Positions 62,504 to 64,000 of a DNA stretch of 64,000 nt are shown here, one piece after another. The stretch covers positions 5,263 to 69,262 of the forward strand of contig JBGMQT010000002.1 of assembly GCA_048060695.1 (NCBI GenBank), in the 5' to 3' direction. A program made the translations under genes and the position numbers. This stretch comes from Acidiferrobacterales bacterium (GTDB taxonomy: Bacteria; Pseudomonadota; Gammaproteobacteria; Acidiferrobacterales; JAJDNE01). Within the stretch, counting starts at the first letter, position 1. Every line of letters begins with the position of its first letter. The notes under the pieces are model-generated. The model saw only the letters and a list, made by a program, of their open reading frames with translations, did no database searches and had not been told where the DNA came from.

Positions 62504-63349
62504 TCAAACTTTTTTATCCAGCAAGTATTCATAGAGGCGGTTTTTACGCAAGCCACTGTACTCGGCTACGATGGCCGCCGCCCTCTTCGGTGGTAATTCC
62601 TCGGCCAACTGCAACAAAAGTCGCCCGGTATCGGCGTCGACTTCCGTATTTCCTTCTGTGGAAACACCCTGCACCAGAACTACAAACTCGCCTTTTTGCT
62701 GATTTACGTCGCCTTCAATCCATTTCACCAGCTCCGCCAGAGAGTCTGAACGCACAGTTTCGAATTTTTTGGTCAATTCCCGGGCGACAACCGCATTGCG
62801 TTCGCTACCAAAAATTTCTCGCATATCCGTCAAGGATTCCACTATGCGATGCGGGCTTTCATAAAATATCAGGGTCACGTCCAGTCGGGACCTGGCGCTA
62901 AAATAATTCTTGCGCGTAACGGATTTTGCCGGCGGGAAGCCGGTAAACAGAAACTTGTCAGTCGGTAGTCCGGATACCGATAGTGCGGTAATGGCAGCAC
63001 ACGCGCCCGGGATGGGAACAAGCAAGATATCCGCTTCACGCGCCGCCTTCACCAGGTGATAACCCGGGTCATTTACTAATGGAGTGCCCGCATCACTGAT
63101 CAGCGCCAGGTTCTCGCCGGCAACCACCCGGCCCACCAGGTGTTGCGCTTTCTCGCGCTCGTTGTGATCGTGATATGCCGTTACCGGCGTATCGATGCCG
63201 AAATGCCTGAGTAATTTAGCGCTGTGGCGCGTATCCTCGGCGGCGATCAGATCGACTTCCGTCAGTACACGCAGGGCGCGCGCGCTCATATCCTCGAGAT
63301 TACCGATGGGGGTGGACACAAGATAGATGGTTCCGGGCTGGTTTGACAC
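62504..63349 (-). CDS. rsmI: 16S rRNA (cytidine1402-2'-O)-methyltransferase
   Basis: 281 aa with TIYLVSTPIGNLEDMSARAL and AAEDTRHS tetrapyrrole-methylase-like motifs. The GTG start has a GAGGGA SD. Confidence 0.94.
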   Translation of the reverse strand: MSNQPGTIYLVSTPIGNLEDMSARALRVLTEVDLIAAEDTRHSAKLLRHFGIDTPVTAYHDHNEREKAQHLVGRVVAGENLALISDAGTPLVNDPGYHLVKAAREADILLVPIPGACAAITALSVSGLPTDKFLFTGFPPAKSVTRKNYFSARSRLDVTLIFYESPHRIVESLTDMREIFGSERNAVVARELTKKFETVRSDSLAELVKWIEGDVNQQKGEFVVLVQGVSTEGNTEVDADTGRLLLQLAEELPPKRAAAIVAEYSGLRKNRLYEYLLDKKV

Positions 63350-63416
63350 CGCATGTCCCTCGCTTGATACTTTCGATCCGTTTATACCCTATTCTAGAAA
63401 TTTTTTAACTTCAGAG

Positions 63417-64000
63417 ATGGCCGTGCACAAAAAAGGAAAAATTTTTATTGGATTATTGGCCCTGGGCGCCCTGACGCTGGCAGGTTGCGAAACCACACCG
63501 CGCGCGCCTGGGGAAAAACCTGCCTCGGTGAAAGCAGCCGCCAAGGCCATTACCAGCGGTGAGTTTGTTCGTGCTGCCCGTGAGTTCGAACGACTGGCAA
63601 AAGACACGGCCCCTCCGCAAAAACAGCATTACCAATTACGTGCCGTCGAACTTTATCTTAAAGCAGCCCAGGTCAACGAGGCGCGTAAAAAAATCGCTGT
63701 GATCGACGTCAGCAATCTCGACCCCAGCTTTACAGCACGCAAGCGCGTCCTGAAGGGGCAACTGGCCGCCTCGGAGGGCGATTATGCACGTGCTGTTATC
63801 CTGCTAAATGCCGCCAAACGTGCGCGTAATCTGAGTCCCGATCTACTGGCCGATATTCACTGGATTCGTGCGCAGGCCCGAATCTCGCTGGGGCAGCCGT
63901 TTCGAGCCGCCGCCGATTTGATGGCGCGTGAGCGTTACCTGGTCGATAAGGAGGCCGTGCACAAAAACCAGCTCCAGTTGTGGACGATACTAACATCCTT
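63417..64000 (+). CDS. lpoA: Penicillin-binding protein activator LpoA (LppC family) lipoprotein, N-terminal part (runs off the right edge)
   Basis: My own translation gives MAVHKKGKIFIGLLALGALTLAGCETTPRAPGEK..., with the lipobox LAGC and a TPR-like helical N-domain. It is divergent from rsmI, as in E. coli yraL-yraM. It is absent from the track because there is no stop in the window. Confidence 0.6.
   Translation, partial: MAVHKKGKIFIGLLALGALTLAGCETTPRAPGEKPASVKAAAKAITSGEFVRAAREFERLAKDTAPPQKQHYQLRAVELYLKAAQVNEARKKIAVIDVSNLDPSFTARKRVLKGQLAASEGDYARAVILLNAAKRARNLSPDLLADIHWIRAQARISLGQPFRAAADLMARERYLVDKEAVHKNQLQLWTILTS

Overview
This is a core chromosomal segment of a gammaproteobacterium. Gene order resembles Pseudomonas from memory; the organism cannot be named from the sequence alone. 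I support about 60 protein genes plus one RNase P RNA, almost all on the minus strand and tightly packed. Left to right: leuA start with a Leu leader peptide; pssA-psd-ilvC-ilvH-ilvI; cysS-gltX; ppiB-lpxH; an orphan secreted protein; glycerate kinase-metZ-purF-cvpA-SPOR-folC-accD-trpA-trpB-trpF-truA; a MATE exporter; a DsrE-like protein; a 57-aa membrane ORF; parC-parE; a rubrerythrin / Fe-S(CCG) / DUF3501 operon; pilB-pilC-pilD-coaE; mutT(thiE-like)-argJ-secA; a TPR/beta-propeller protein; M23 peptidase-lpxC; the complete dcw cluster ftsZ back to mraZ; rnpB; rsmI; and the lpoA start. I see no transposase, integrase, phage genes, CRISPR array, toxin-antitoxin pair or recognisable defence genes, so there is no island-type novel system here. 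The best candidate for something undescribed is the self-contained rubrerythrin + HdrD/GlpC-like Fe-S protein + DUF3501 operon (28044-30621). It has its own sigma70 promoter, a perfect 21-bp Fur/PerR-type palindrome over the -10 element, and its own terminator. Secondary points are features missed by the 60-aa ORF cut-off (a 39-aa leader with 7 consecutive Leu codons upstream of leuA; a 57-aa membrane protein after parC), structured terminator-containing leaders before ilvI and metZ, a lysine-rich N-terminal tail on ParC, MraZ operator repeats at Pmra, and a 530-bp non-coding gap between ftsZ and lpxC. The ORF track takes the longest ATG/GTG/TTG start, so many N-termini are over-extended. I re-set starts for ilvH, lpxH, glycerate kinase, metZ, parC, rubrerythrin, mutT, secA, murC, murG, murD, ftsL and mraZ from homolog N-termini, Shine-Dalgarno (SD) sequences and stop/start coupling. 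All family assignments come from reading motifs by eye; no searches were run.
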